From the NCBI RefSeq assembly GCF_048593235.1, contig NC_133619.1, positions 579,445,963-579,509,962 of the forward strand: 64,000 nt of DNA, written 5' to 3'. This stretch comes from Sminthopsis crassicaudata. Its lineage: Eukaryota. A model generated the notes under the pieces. It saw nothing but the letters and a program-made list of their open reading frames with translations. It had not been told where the DNA came from and made no database searches. This document shows positions 12,956-25,967 of the stretch, one piece after another (the first letter of the stretch is position 1; each line of letters opens with the position of its first letter). The translations under genes were made by a program, and so were the position numbers.

Positions 12956-13854
12956 AGATGGCCCTTCCAATTTAGTTTCATCCAGAGTCTTGACTTGAAT
13001 AACAATATGGAAAAGCTTGAATACTGTGAATATAGTGATAGATCACATAAATGTATCTTTCATTTTCTTTGTCATCTGTTTAATCAGTAAGTTTATCCCT
13101 TATCTTCTTTTACTTTACTTTTACTTCTTTTTCTTTTATTGGATCAAAGGATCCAATGCTACCAAGATCAAATCCAATTCACTGGATTTGGCTTTTAGAT
13201 TTTTTTTTTGAGCAATTTAATCATTTTGTTAACAAGGACAAATGATTATTTTTTAAAATGGTAATGTGGACATCTCTTTAGACCAAAGACAAACACTTTT
13301 CCAAGGGTCTCTTGGGACTTATGAGGGGAGATATGGTGAAAGAAAAAAGTGGATGATGAAATGGCTTGATGAAAATCAAAGGAAACAATCCCCTTTGACA
13401 GCATTGACAAAATCAAAGAGTGCAGTCTTCCTCAGCTCACCCCCCCCCCAAATAGACATTAGTTCTTTTTTTTGGAATGAAGTAAAATTCATTTAATATT
13501 TTGGTGATGTCATATACTTGTTTCAAAATTCCCAATATTGTTGCAACTTTATTTTTTGATGGCAGCCAGGGTTCCAGCTCATGAACTTTTAGCCTCCTTT
13601 AGCCAGCCTGGGCATCAGCTGAAGTGCAGTGAGCTGTAAACATCCTCCGAAGACATCCTCCACAGAAGTCTAGCTAAATCTAATAGCTAGTTTTTGTAAT
13701 CCCTTCTCCTAGATAAGCTCTGGAGTGATTCTGGCTCATTCTGGGTTAAGGGGAAAGGGAAACTGCCTTCATTTCTTATAGTACAATATTCTATCACATT
13801 TATATGCCATAACTTGTTCAAGAATTTCCTAATAGGCACTCAAGTTTCCAAGTC

Positions 13855-14420
13855 TTTTTTTAATTTTTAATTTAATTTTTTATTATTATATCTTTTTATT
13901 TACAAAACATATGCATGGGTAATTTTTTCAATATTGACCCTTGCAAAATCTTCTGTTCCTAATTTTCCCCTTCTTCCCCCTACCCCCTCCCCTAGATGGC
14001 AGGTAGTCCAATACAAGTTAAATATTTTAAATTATATGTTAAATCCAATATATGTATACATATTTATACAGTGATCTTTTACACAAGAAAAATCGTATCT
14101 AGAAAAAAAAAAAAAAAAACCTGAGAAGGAAAACAAAAATGCAAGCAAGCAATAACAAAAAGAATGAAAAGATTATGTAGTGGTCCACACTCAGATCCCA
14201 TAGTCCTCTCTCTGGGTGTAGATGGTTCTCTTTATCACTGAACAATTGGAATTGGTTTGAATCATGTCATTGTTGAAGAGACTCATAACCATCAGAATTG
14301 ATCATCCTATAGTCTTGTTGTTGCCATGTATAATGATCTCTTGGTTCTGCTCATTTCACTTAGCATCTGTTTATGTAAATCTCTCCAGGCCTCTCTGAAA
14401 TCATCCTGTTGGTCATTTCT
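13855..14420 (-). mobile_element. L1 3' part (host copy of the composite)
   Basis: Poly-T tail, 3' UTR and ORF2 C-terminus, interrupted at 14420. Confidence 0.85.
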
Positions 14421-16223
14421 TTCTTTTTTTTTCCTTCTTCTTTTTTTTAATTATAGCTTTTTATTTACAAGATATATGCATGGGTAGTTTTTCAACATTG
14501 ACAATTGCAAAACCTTTTGTTCCAATTTTTCACCTCCTTCCCCCTACCTCCTACCCCAGATGGCAGGTTGACCAATACATGTTAAATATGTCAAAATATA
14601 TGTTAAACACAATAAATGTATACATGTCCATAGAGTTATTTTGCTGTACAAAAAGAATCGGACTTTGAAATAGTGTACAATTAACCTGTGAAGGAAATAA
14701 AAAATGCAGGCAGACAAAAATAGAGGGATTGGGAATTCTATGTAGTGGTTCATAGTTATCTCCCAGAGTTTTTTTCACTGGGTATAGCTGGTTCAGTTCA
14801 TTGCTGCTCTATTGGAACTGATTTGGTTCATCTCATTGTTGAAGAGGGCTACGTCCATCAGAATTGATCATCATATAGTACTGTTGTTGAAGTATATAAT
14901 GATCAGGAGGTCCTGCTCATTTCACTCACCATCAGTTCATGTAAGTCTCTCAAGGCCTTTCTGAAATCATCCTGCTGGTCGTTACTTACAGAACAATAAT
15001 ATTCCATAATATTCATATACCACAATTTATTTAGCCATTCTCCAATTGATGGGCATCCACTCAGTTTCCAGTTTCTGGCCACTACAAAGAGGGCTGCCAC
15101 AAACATTCTTGCACATACAGGTCCCTTTCCCTTCTTTAATATCTCTTTGGGATATAAGCCCAGAAATAAAACTGCTGGATCAAAGGGTATGCACAGTTTG
15201 ATAACTTTTTGAGCATAGTTCCAAATAATTCTCCAGAATGGCTGGATATATTCACAATTCAACCAATACATTTGATACATTTATCAGTGTCCGTTTTCCC
15301 GCATCCCCTCCAACATTCCACATTATATTTCCCTGTCATTCTAACCTATCTGACAGGTATGTAGTGGTATCTCAGAGTTGTCTTAATTTGCATTTCTCTG
15401 ATTAATAATGACTTGGAGCATTTTTTCATATGGCTAGAAATAGTTTCAATTTCTTCGTCTGAGAATTGTTGTTCATATCCGTTGACCATTTATCAATTGG
15501 AGAATGGCTTGATTTCTTATAGAGTCAATTCTCTATATATTTTGGAAATGAGGCATTTATCAGAACCTTTGACTGTAAAAATATTTTTTCCAGTTTATTG
15601 CTTCCCTTCTAATCTTATCTGCATTAGTTTTGTTTGTACAAAAGCTTTTCAATTTGATATAATCAAAATTTTCTATTCTGTGATCAATAATGATCTCTAG
15701 TTCCTCTTTGGTCATAAATTCCTTCCTCTTCCACAGTTCTGAGGGGTAAACTATTCTTCTAATTTATTTATAATCTCATTCTTTATGCCTAGGTCATAAC
15801 CCATTTTGATCTTACCTTGGCGTACCGTGTTAAGTGTGGGAAATACCTAGTGTCTGCAATACTAATTTCCCATTTTCCCAGCAGTTTTTGTCAGTGAGTT
15901 CTCATCCCAAAAGCTGGGGTCTTTGCATTTGTCAAAGACTAGATTATTAAAGTTATTTTGTCCTTTGAACCTAACCTATTCCAACTAGTCTATTTCTTAG
16001 CCAATATCAAATGGTTTTGGTAACCGCTGCTTTATACATAATTTTAGATCTGGTACAGCTAGGCCACCTTCATTTGATTTTTTTTTTCATTAGTTCCCTT
16101 CAGATTCTTGACCTTTTGTTTTTCCATATGAACTTTGTTACTTTTCCTAGGTCATTAAAATAGTTTTTTGGGAGTCTGATTGGTATAGCACTAAATAAAT
16201 AAATTAGTTTAGGTAGTATTGTC
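14421..16223 (-). mobile_element. 5'-truncated younger L1, ORF2 C-terminal half, decayed
   Basis: Has its own tail at 14421-14450. ORF 14903-15280 encodes the L1 ORF2p C-terminal region (PFDPAVLFLGLYPKEI...FVAALFVVARNWK...WLNKLWY). Confidence 0.95.
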
Positions 16224-17046
16224 CCAGATGAATTTTATTATTTTTTCTAGATCAGTAAAATAGTTTCTTGGGAGTTTGATTGGTATAGTATTAAATAAAT
16301 AAGATTAGTTTAAGGAGTATTGTCATCTTTATTATATTTGCTCAAACTATGTGAGAGCACTTGATATTTTTCCAATTGTTTAGATCTGACTTTGTGTAGA
16401 AAGTGTTTTGTAGTTATGTTCATATGGTTCCTGACTTTCCTTTGGCAGATAGATTCCCAAATATTTTATACTATCAATGGTTATTTTAAATGGGATTTCT
16501 CTTTGTATCTCTTGCTGTTGGATTTTGTTAGTGATGTATAAAAATTTTTTTTTATGTGGGTTTATTTTGCATCCTGCCACTTTACTAAAGTTGTAGATTA
16601 TTTCTAATAACTTTTTATTAGAGTCTTTGGGGTTCTCTAAATATACCATCATGTCATCTGCAAAGAGTGATAGTTTGATTTCCTCATTTCCTACTCTAAT
16701 TCCTTGAATCTCTTTCTCAGCTCTTACTGCCGAGGCTGGTGTTTCTAGTACTATATTGAATAGTAATGGTGATAGTGGGCAACCTTGTTTCACTCCTGAT
16801 CTTACTGGGAAAGGTTCTAGTTTATCCCCATTACATATGATGCATACTGACGGTTTTAAATAGATACTACTGATTAGTTTAAGGAAAAGTCAATTTATTC
16901 CTATACTCTCAAGTGTTTTTAGTAGGAATGGATGTTGGATTTTATCAAATGCTTTTTCTGCATCTATTGAGATGATCATATGGTTTTTGTTCATTTGGTT
17001 GATATAATCATACTGATAGTTTTCCTAATATTGAACCAGCCCTGCA
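16224..17046 (-). mobile_element. L1 ORF2 reverse-transcriptase segment
   Basis: ORF 16380-16793 encodes KQGCPLSPLLFNIVLE...LSLFADDMMVYL (L1 RT motifs). 5'-truncated at 17046. Confidence 0.95.
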
Positions 17047-17649
17047 AAGTTTCGGATTCTTTGTTACTTCAAAAACAGCTGCCACAAATATCTTTGTACA
17101 TATGGGTGTCTTCACCTCTTTGCCAGTTCCCTTAATGTTAATGTCTTTCTTCTTTATCCTGTATGGTTTGTTGGTTACTTCCAACTTATTCACCTTTTTA
17201 TACTTTGAGATCTCTGAGAGCAGGGACTGGTTTTGTCTTTCTTATCTCAGCACAGTGCCTTAAATGCTTATTGACTTAACACCCAAAAAAACTTCCCAAA
17301 TTTATGAGACTCTCTCCACTTGATGCTCCCGAACAGATCGTACTGTTTCTTACAAATGACATCCCATCTCCCGCTTTCCTGCTTTTGTTCAGATCCACTG
17401 CCGTGCTTGAAATGCACTCCCTCCTTTCTGTGGTTTCCTCTCTCATCTCAGACCTCTGAAACGGCCTCCTTATCCTGGAAATCCATTCCCTTGCTGGTCT
17501 TTCGACCCCGGAAGTTCACTCTATTTCTATGTCCCTTCCTCTTCTCACAGTTCACTTAAGCAAAGTTCCTAGGACAACTAGGCCTTTATTCATGTTCATT
17601 ACTCCTGCCTGACTAGCCTTAATTTTTTCACTCAAGCCCTCCAGGGCAG

Positions 17650-18900
17650 ACGCTTCTACCGCCCCTCCCCCCCAGCTTCCTTTAACGCGCAGCTTTCCCC
17701 GTTAGAAGCTAAGGCTCATGGAGCAGGGTATGTTTGTATGCCCGTGAAGCTGTATTCCCGGCTCTTTGCCGCTCTCCGCGTAATAATGCTTGTTACTTCC
17801 GACTTGACCAGAGGCCTTCCGGTTTCTCTCCGCAGCTAGTCTCCCTTGGTTAATTTATTTTGTATAGGCCTGGGTCCAAGTTCGGTTCTGTTTGGTCCTA
17901 TCTCCCAGACCTTCCCAGTTATCAGATACACAGTAGAAACTTTATAAACGCTTGTTTTAATTCATTCTGGTACCAAGGATCCATTTGACTACCAGGACCT
18001 GGGTTTTTCGTTTGTGAAATGAGGGCGGCGGTTTTTCATCTTAAGTAGTCGCTTTCCCCTCCTTGGAATACATAAGTGATAGAGGAGTTCCCGGAACTCT
18101 AAAGGGCCAGGGGCCATCAAGGAAAAAAGGAGCGGCGGTTAACGCCCAGGAAGGAGTAGAGGACAGATCCTCGGGCCACGAAGCGGTTCGAAGTGGGTGG
18201 AACCAGACGAGTAGCGACAATTGGTTCATCGAGAAAGGGGTGGGGCTACCGGGCAGAGCCAACTACTAACACTTTTGTGAGAGACGACATCACGTTCTAA
18301 ACGATAGAGGGAGCGTAGAGACCAATCTCTCGGTTCGCGCATGCGCGTTACTAGGGAAGGCGGTTGTGGCGGGGATACCGTTAAGCGAGAAACGAATCTT
18401 TGTCAAGTATTGACGCAACCTTATGCTAAAGGAAGCTGAAGTACTTCCGGGTCGCCACCGGTAACCACTTCCTGGCGCGGTGAGTAAGAGCAGCGGGTCT
18501 ATGGATGGCGTTACGGGACACCTCAAGATTAGTTCCATATTCTCAACCTTATCTCCGAGCCCTAGAAAGCTCCTTTCTGCTCCTGTCTTGTTTTCTGGGG
18601 TTAGGTTGGGCTCTTGTATTAACCACATTCCTATTCCCGAAGTCACGCCCCTTGCTTCTAGAACTCTGATCATTGGCCTTTCTCTCCGTTACCTGGAAAC
18701 AAATACGCATTTCCAGGCCTTTGGCCCAGTCTCCATGTTCTAAGCCCCGCCTCCCTCTTTTTCTGGGCGTACCCCTTGCCAGCGGGCCCCCAACCCGAGT
18801 GCTACCCTTCCTTTCCCTCCTCCCACCGGTTCTGCTTTCCTGGACCCCAGTTTCTTGCCTTTTCTTTATTGGCTCTCAAATGACCACGCCTTCCTCCATT
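17650..18900 (+). promoter_or_regulatory. ANAPC15: CpG-rich promoter of ANAPC15
   Basis: CpG-dense island with CCAAT 18322-18326, the perfect palindrome CGCGCATGCGCG 18336-18347 (NRF1-type), and ETS motifs ACTTCCGG 18443-18450 and ACTTCCTG 18467-18474. Confidence 0.8.
18440..18479 (+). other. ANAPC15: ANAPC15 non-coding first exon (5' end approximate)
   Basis: Donor GCG|GTGAGT at 18480 inside the CpG island. The next acceptor with coding sequence is at 22012-22013. Confidence 0.6.
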
Positions 18901-19079
18901 CTTTGTACTTCCTTGCCTCTCTTCCCCTAAAGCCTTAAAGCTGCCTGCCATGTTTAGCATGTTCCCTGGGCCACGCTGTTCCTGTGTCCCCACATATCTT
19001 TATCTGACCTGACCTTGTTACTTATGTGAGCTCTGCAGTGAGAAAAATTGGACTCGACTTAACATGGGAGAAAGAGTAT

Positions 19080-19320
19080 GGGCCGTTAGGTGGCGCAGTG
19101 GCTAGAGCACCAGCCCTGACGCCTGGAGGCCCTGAGTTCAAATTTGACCTCAGACACTTAACACTTCCTGGCTGTGTAACCCTGGGCAAGTCACTTAACC
19201 CTGTTTATCCCATTTTCTTCGTCTGTAAAAGCCGCATAAGAAAATGGTAAACCATCCCAGCGTCTTTGCTAAGAGAAAACTCAAAATATGCTAATGAAGA
19301 GTTGATGGGACTGAAAAAAA
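19080..19320 (+). mobile_element. MAR1/WSINE-type SINE
   Basis: tRNA-derived head (ttaggtggcgcagtggctagagcacc), CORE, and RTE-derived tail (gaaaatggtaaaccatcccagcgtctttgc). Confidence 0.8.
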
Positions 19321-19959
19321 AAAATGGAACAAGAAGAGAGTCTCTTGCCTCATTGATATTCAGATTCAAACTGTTAGGGAAAAAAATTAAATAATTTTTC
19401 TTCCAGAGTGAAAATTTTTGTCCATCCCCAAAAGTTTATTAGAAAAGCAAATCTAAATGTGAAGTCCAGTTATCTTCTCTTAAAGGAGTGGAGAATGGAT
19501 GGAACTATTTTCCTCTCCGTCATTTTTCAGTGTTGTTCATCTCTTCCTGACCCTATTTGGGGTTTTCTCGGAAAAGATGCTGGTGCGGTTTGCCTTTTTT
19601 TTTTTCTAGCTCATTCTACAGAGGAAACTGAGGATTAAGTGACTTGCCCAAGATCACACAGTTACTGTCCAAGTCCTGAGGATTCCAGGCCCACCAGTCT
19701 TTAATCTGCTGCCATCTAGCTGCCCTGAGGAAGAAATGTACTAATTACATAACTATAAATATACATATAACTATCACCCTATGTGTGTGTATGTATGTAT
19801 GTATAACTATACCAGTTTCATTCAGAAGCTTGACTAATATAAACCAAGCCCCATAACAAGAAAACCAAAAGAACCCTAACATAAACTCAGTTAACAAATA
19901 CTGAATTGCTTTTGCCAAACAGAGAAATGTGGAAACCAGGGACAGAAACACTGGATTTA

Positions 19960-20790
19960 GCATATATTTTCATCTTCAAAATTGTTCAAAGAAAGAGTGT
20001 AAAGATTGTGAGCAGAAGCATGTCATAAAACATTCAAAAACAGGACAAGCATAGCTTGCTTAAATAAAGCTAACATTTTTGTGATAAAAGTTTTCAATAT
20101 CAAGAACAGTAGAATCACTATATTTAGAGTCTAATCTTGCAGATGTGAAAAAGTAAACTGGCACTTAAGAAAACAAGATGGAAAAGCATGTGGGATGCTT
20201 GATAGAAGGGAGCAATGATACAACAATTTTGAAGGCACTGAATGTTCTTAAATTATCTGAAAGAGAACATATCAAAGGCATTAAAATCTCAGGCTTTATG
20301 ATTACTGAAAAAATAAAAGCAACTGAAAAACCATAATAACTATTGACATATTTTCCATTTATATAATTTAAATTTTATGAAAATAAACTCTTGCATGGAG
20401 AACATCTTTTATCTAAAGGCATCAGAAGGAAACAAGTTTTTCTCAAAGTGATATTTCATAGGAAACCACATCTTTACAATTATAAAATTAGCTGAAAGAT
20501 ACAGAAAATTGTTATTTATTATAAAAATGCATTTAGTTTAATAGATCAAAATAATGCCTTAAAAACTTTCCTCCAATAAGGTATTGCCTATGCACATGTC
20601 AACATTATATAATTTTCCTTTAAAGAAATAAGAGAAATAATTTGGCATACTCTGATCTTTAATATCAAGTAAGACAAAGCAAACTACCTATTTGCCAAAG
20701 GTGTTTTGACACTGTCATAAGAAAGATCTAGCAATGTTCTTACTGAAGAGAGATTTTCTTTAAATATTGAGGTCTTTCAAATGTTCCTTT
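19960..20790 (+). mobile_element. decayed RTE-clade LINE fragment
   Basis: Resembles marsupial RTE RT-region DNA (aaaatgcatttagtttaatagatcaaaataatgcc...ccaaaggtgttttgacactg). Many stops. Confidence 0.6.
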
Positions 20791-22018
20791 TTTTTTTTTC
20801 TCCTTAAGATGATGTGCCAAATGAATCAAGCCCCAGAATGTGGCAGGGTCTCCTAAGTGAGATTTGTAACCAAAAGAATTTTGGCCAAACTATCCACACT
20901 ACAGAGATCAAGTGAATGAGTAACACCTGTTGTCAATCTTTTGTGAACACTTGTGGGAAAATTTAGATGAGTGTAGCATAGGGTAATTGGTAGGCATGGA
21001 TCATCTGCCTCATTAGAATTTCACATTTCTGATACTATAGGCTAATCAAAGGGCAGTTTAACTAATGGAGAAGTGAAGAAAACAAGGAGCAGAAAGAATT
21101 TCCAAGGTGGTAGAGCCAGTGATAAAAGCAAAACTAAAACTATGAATCTTTTTCTCCTAGTGTAGTGCTCACTTTAACATCAAATGTGATGTGATAAAGG
21201 TCATAAGAAAATATTAGAACAAAGTAGAAGTTTTCAGGAAGGAATAATACCTTCCAGCTCTATAAATATAGTTCTGTTGTTCTGTGATTGCAATTCTCTT
21301 CTTCATATTCTGGCCCTAGTTCTGAGCTCTTTTTATTTCTCTCTGACCTTTTTACCTCTTCCTCTGACCTCAGTGCCCTCTCTTTTTAAAAATAAACATT
21401 CATTTGTTTTCTAATCCTTCCAACTTTCAAATTTAAAAAAGAACAAAAACTTTGTAACAAATATGTATAGATAGACAAGCAAAAAAAATTTAAGAATTGG
21501 ACATATCTAAAATGTATTTCAGTTCTGTTTTGAGTTTATCACCTCCTTTTCCTGAGATAGGTAGGCCACTTAATCATTGATTTTCTGGTATCATGGTTAG
21601 TCATTGCATTAACCAGAGGTTTTGTTTTGTTTTGTTTTAATCAGATTTCTTACATCTTTCAAAGTTCTTTGTCTTTATACTGGTGTGGTTATTATGTAAA
21701 TTAATCTCCTATTTCTGTTCACTTTATTCTGCATTAGTTCATATCTTTGCAGGTTTCTCTATTTCCCTAAAACTGTCTTTCATAATTTTCTTAAAGGACA
21801 AAAATATTCCACTATATTTATATGCTATAATTTGTTTAGTCATTCCCTAATTGATGTGCAGTTCCTTAATTTCCAGTTTTTTGCAATGAAAACAATTTTG
21901 ATCTCTTTTCCTGATGAGAAAAGAGAGATAGAATTGCCTGTTCCCCATCCTTTTTATTCCTCAAGGTTTCAGCCTAACCTCCCATATCCCTTGGGATCCA
22001 TTCTTTTCTACAGAAGTC

Positions 22019-22138
22019 ATGTCTACATTGTTTCCCTCACTACTTCCCCGTGTCACTGAGTCCTTGTGGTTTAACTTGGATCGACCCTGTGTGGATGAAA
22101 ATGAGCTACAGCAGCAAGAACAGCAGCATCAGGCCTGG
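22019..22138 (+). CDS. ANAPC15: ANAPC15 coding exon 1 ([40 protein letters not shown])
   Basis: Near-identical to the human APC15 N-terminus. Acceptor AG 22012-13 and donor GTGAGT 22139. Confidence 0.97.
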
Positions 22139-24368
22139 GTGAGTAGTCAAACCCCCAAAATGCATTCTTTTTCCTCTTAGGATAAAACCAAGAGAGGGGG
22201 CCTTTAGGGAAGTCTGGCTGTAGTACCAACTGCTCTCTTCATTCACATAGAAACTCACCATGTTATCCATGTTTTATCCATGTTAAAAAAGGTAATAGTA
22301 TCACGTCCTAGAAATGGCCCTGGACTGGATGGATATCAGGAAACCTGCATTCAAACTTCAATTCTGCCACTGATAAGATGTGGCTCTGGACAAGTCTCTT
22401 CCTTTCACTTAACATGTTTCTTCCTCTATAAAAAGAGGGAATTGAATTGGATGATTATAGAAAGAATACTGAATTTGAGTATCTGGGTTCAGATCTTGAC
22501 TAGAACACTTCCTCTGCATCTCTGCAATTTGGGGTAATTCACATCACTTTTCTGAGACTATTTCCTTCTGTTGAAAGTGACCAGATCACACCTAACAGCC
22601 TTCTCATTTCAAATGTTCTATGCCTGTAGTTCTACTTCTCTTCCATGATGAGCCTCTATCTAGCTCTGTGCAACTTCTTCCTTTTCTTCTTTTGCATGTC
22701 ATTTTGTGCTAATCTGACTGATTCTCTTATTTTATAAAGGCAAGAATTGAGACCAATAAAGGTTGTCTTTGTCTAAAGATACGCAGGTCTTAAGGAGCAC
22801 AGAGGTAGGATATACATTGAGAACCTCATCTAGCAAATCATGTAGCCTACAAAATGCTTCCTAGAAAAGGTAGGCCTTGAACTAGGCAGTGAAGTGCAAA
22901 GATTTTAGAGATACTGAATCTAAAAGGAAAGGCATTCCTATATGAAACAAAATATCAGACAGGGAACATGGAGTCCAGCTTGGGAAGTATGATGCTATTG
23001 GCAAGAAAGGTCTAGCCTGGGCATCATGGAGACATGACAGAGGAAGACAAAATAGCATAAGACTTCCTCTCAACATGGTGATAATTCCCCTTTTTATAGT
23101 TTTTTTTTAATGTTTACAAAGAACTTTCTAGTTAACAACTCTCTGAAGGAAGCAGTCTGAGTATTATGAACCCTGCTTTATAGAGAAAGAAGCAAGCCCA
23201 GAGAAAGGAAGCACATTTATGGTCACAGAGGTAAACTTTGAGCATAGGGCGCTCTCTGCTAACTCCAGGGCTTATTCTCCTCTACCACACTACTTAAGGA
23301 AATGTGTTTTCTGAGCTAAAATTCTGAATTAGGGTTTGAAGTGAAATCTGGCATAAGGGCAGCAGAGAATGAATGAGTGAATAAACGAATTAAAAATAAT
23401 TTATTAAGGACTTAGTATGTACCAAATGTTATGCTAAACTCTAGAGATACAGAGAGAGAAAGAAAAAACAAACAAACACCAACACCAAAAAAAGCAATTC
23501 CTGCTTTCATGGAGTTTACAATTTAATCAGGAAATAAAATTATATACAAAGAATTCAACTTCAGAGTAGATAGCAAAGCCCTGGTATCCTAAGTTTACAT
23601 ACACCAGCAGATCAAGTGGCAGTGCTCAGTTGTCTTGAGATCTGTATGAATGTTAGTTGTGACTCCAATATCATCCAAGTGATATGAAGTCATTTCACTC
23701 TTTCTACCTAAAGGCGCCAAAGGAATTGTAGAAGGAGAGATAGGGAATTCATGGATAAACAGTATTCCTGCTTTCTATTCTTTCTTCCTGGCTTGCCAGG
23801 TAAGGTTAAGAACACTTATTCTTCCAATAAAATAACTAAAAATGATTCATTGGTTGTTTGTAGGAATACTTTCTGTGTCTTTGTGAGTGAACAGTTGGCC
23901 CAAAACCATTGCTGCCTTAGCATTACCTTCCCTAAGTAGACCTGACAAACTAGGTGCTGGTGAGCTATAGGTCAAGGACACGAGGTTGTTCTCCTTTCCA
24001 TCCCTGGGCTACCAACTTTTAGTGCCAGGCAGAACATCAATAACTTTTAATCTCTAGTCTGATTGTTTAACAACAACCTGATTACTTTGACTGTACTTCA
24101 ACATCCCTTTTCAGAGAGAAATTATACTTACTATATCTAAATTATACCTACTATGCTGTGACTTAATATTAAGACCCAGCCACATTTCTTTTAGATGATG
24201 TTCTCTCTTACCATGGAAGAAACAGTCTAAGGTTATAAGAGAACAGACAGATGGGGAGGTGTCCCAGGGGAAAGGGATGTTCTCCTCGTTTGAGGTGAGG
24301 GTCTGGGAGCAGGATGAGTGCTCCTTATCTCTTGTGTAACCATTATCTCCTGTTGTGTTCTGCAATAG

Positions 24369-24428
24369 CTCCAGAGTATTGCTGAGAGAGACAACAATTT
24401 AGTACCCATTGGGAAACCAGCTTCAGAG
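24369..24428 (+). CDS. ANAPC15: ANAPC15 coding exon 2 (LQSIAERDNNLVPIGKPASE)
   Basis: 60 nt, phase 0, AG/GT flanks, matches APC15. Confidence 0.97.
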
Positions 24429-25316
24429 GTGAGCCCAGCAGATCTCTTGGTCATTGGGATACTCTGTGGTTTCTGGACTTCAGGGGCCAAGAGGGAATAA
24501 GGAGCTGAAATGAGGCCTAAAAAGGATGGTAGTGGGGAGGGGCAGATTAGTCTCTGAACACTGGAAAGAAGTACTCAGGCAGAAGAGTCCCTCAGGCAAG
24601 TTATAAACAGACTCCACAAGAATGGGGTGAGATGGGTAACTGGGGGGAACCATCCGCACGCCTCAGACAGTACTAGTCGGTGTAAGTGCTCATCCTCTAC
24701 TTCACAGAAAAGTTATTACATCCCCCTTCCTCCATAAGCACCACACCTGGAGTTGGAGCTTGGGTCTCTCTAGATTCCATCTCCTTTCTCATAGCTTGTT
24801 TGTAGAATAAGGTTGCTGTGTGAAAGAGAATTCCTATGAGAAGCTCAGGTCTTTGAAAAAGGAGTAGGAACAGAATCCAAATAGGGTCAAAGAAAAATTC
24901 TTTGTTATGGATTTCCTGATGTATTCAGAAGTAGTCTTAAGCCATTCTCTGCCTTATGAAGAGCACAAGAGAGATGATGGCTGTAGCTACCACAACTTGT
25001 CATTGGGGCCTGACAGACTCTTATCTATTGCCCTTTGAGCAGATAGAAAACAGAACCTGAGCCTTGTCATGGTTAGAAATGATAAAAACCATGAAAGTAT
25101 CCCAAGAGCAGGATTCCTTCCCCCAGCCCCTTCTCTGTTTTCCTGTCTCCTCGTTGTACTAAAGGGTAATACAAGAGATTGGAGGATGAATTAATCTCCT
25201 TGTGCGGAATTTGGAATATGAGGGATTCATATGTGATAGGACCTTCCCTTCCCAGGTAGGAGGTCAGCCCCATATTCTCGTCCCTCTCCTAAACTGTCGA
25301 CCATTTTCTCTGGTAG

Positions 25317-25460
<144 letters not shown>

Positions 25461-25753
25461 TGAGGGTCTTCTTTCTAGAGCCCTATTTGGTGAGAGGTTG
25501 GGGGGGTGGGGCATCTCAATCAAAGGACCTCACTATTACAATTCCTCCATGGGTTACAACTTTGTATCCTCTGATGGGGTTTGGTCTAAGACCCATGGCC
25601 TATCACTATCCCCGGAACCTAAGCCCTCTTAAGTCTGGGATTTCTTGGATTTCCCCTTGGGGTGGTGCTTGAAAGGGAATTGGTTCAATTGGCTTAGTGA
25701 CCATGGGTACTTGCAGCCTATCACTTCTGCTTGCCTCCCTGTACCTTCCCCAG

Positions 25754-25801
25754 GTGGATATGGAAGGTGCTGAGCAGGACCAGGACCAGTGGATGATCTA
25801 G
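25754..25801 (+). CDS. ANAPC15: ANAPC15 last coding exon (VDMEGAEQDQDQWMI*)
   Basis: CAG acceptor and TAG 25799-25801. Total 121 aa, the same length as human. Confidence 0.97.
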   Translation: MDMEGAEQDQDQWMI

Positions 25802-25958
25802 CAGGGACTGACAGGACAATGCTGCACACCAGACTCCAGAGCTGTCTTCCCTCTCTGGGTCTCTTGGGTACAGGGCAGTTACCCCCTGAAGCCCTAAGAG
25901 CTGCTTGGCTGGGCTGCTGGCCTTCCTCCATCTGCTTCCCAGCCTCCACCTCTTAACC

Positions 25959-25967
25959 TTTAATAAA
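25959..25967. terminator. poly(A) signal: AATAAA (+, ANAPC15) overlapping ATTAAA (-)
   Basis: TTTAATAAA, 160 nt after the ANAPC15 stop, followed by GT/T-rich sequence on the + strand. Confidence 0.75.

Noticed and set aside
18290-18673. 127 aa minus-strand ORF over the ANAPC15 promoter
   Set aside because: Stop-poor GC-rich island sequence with no recognisable homology.
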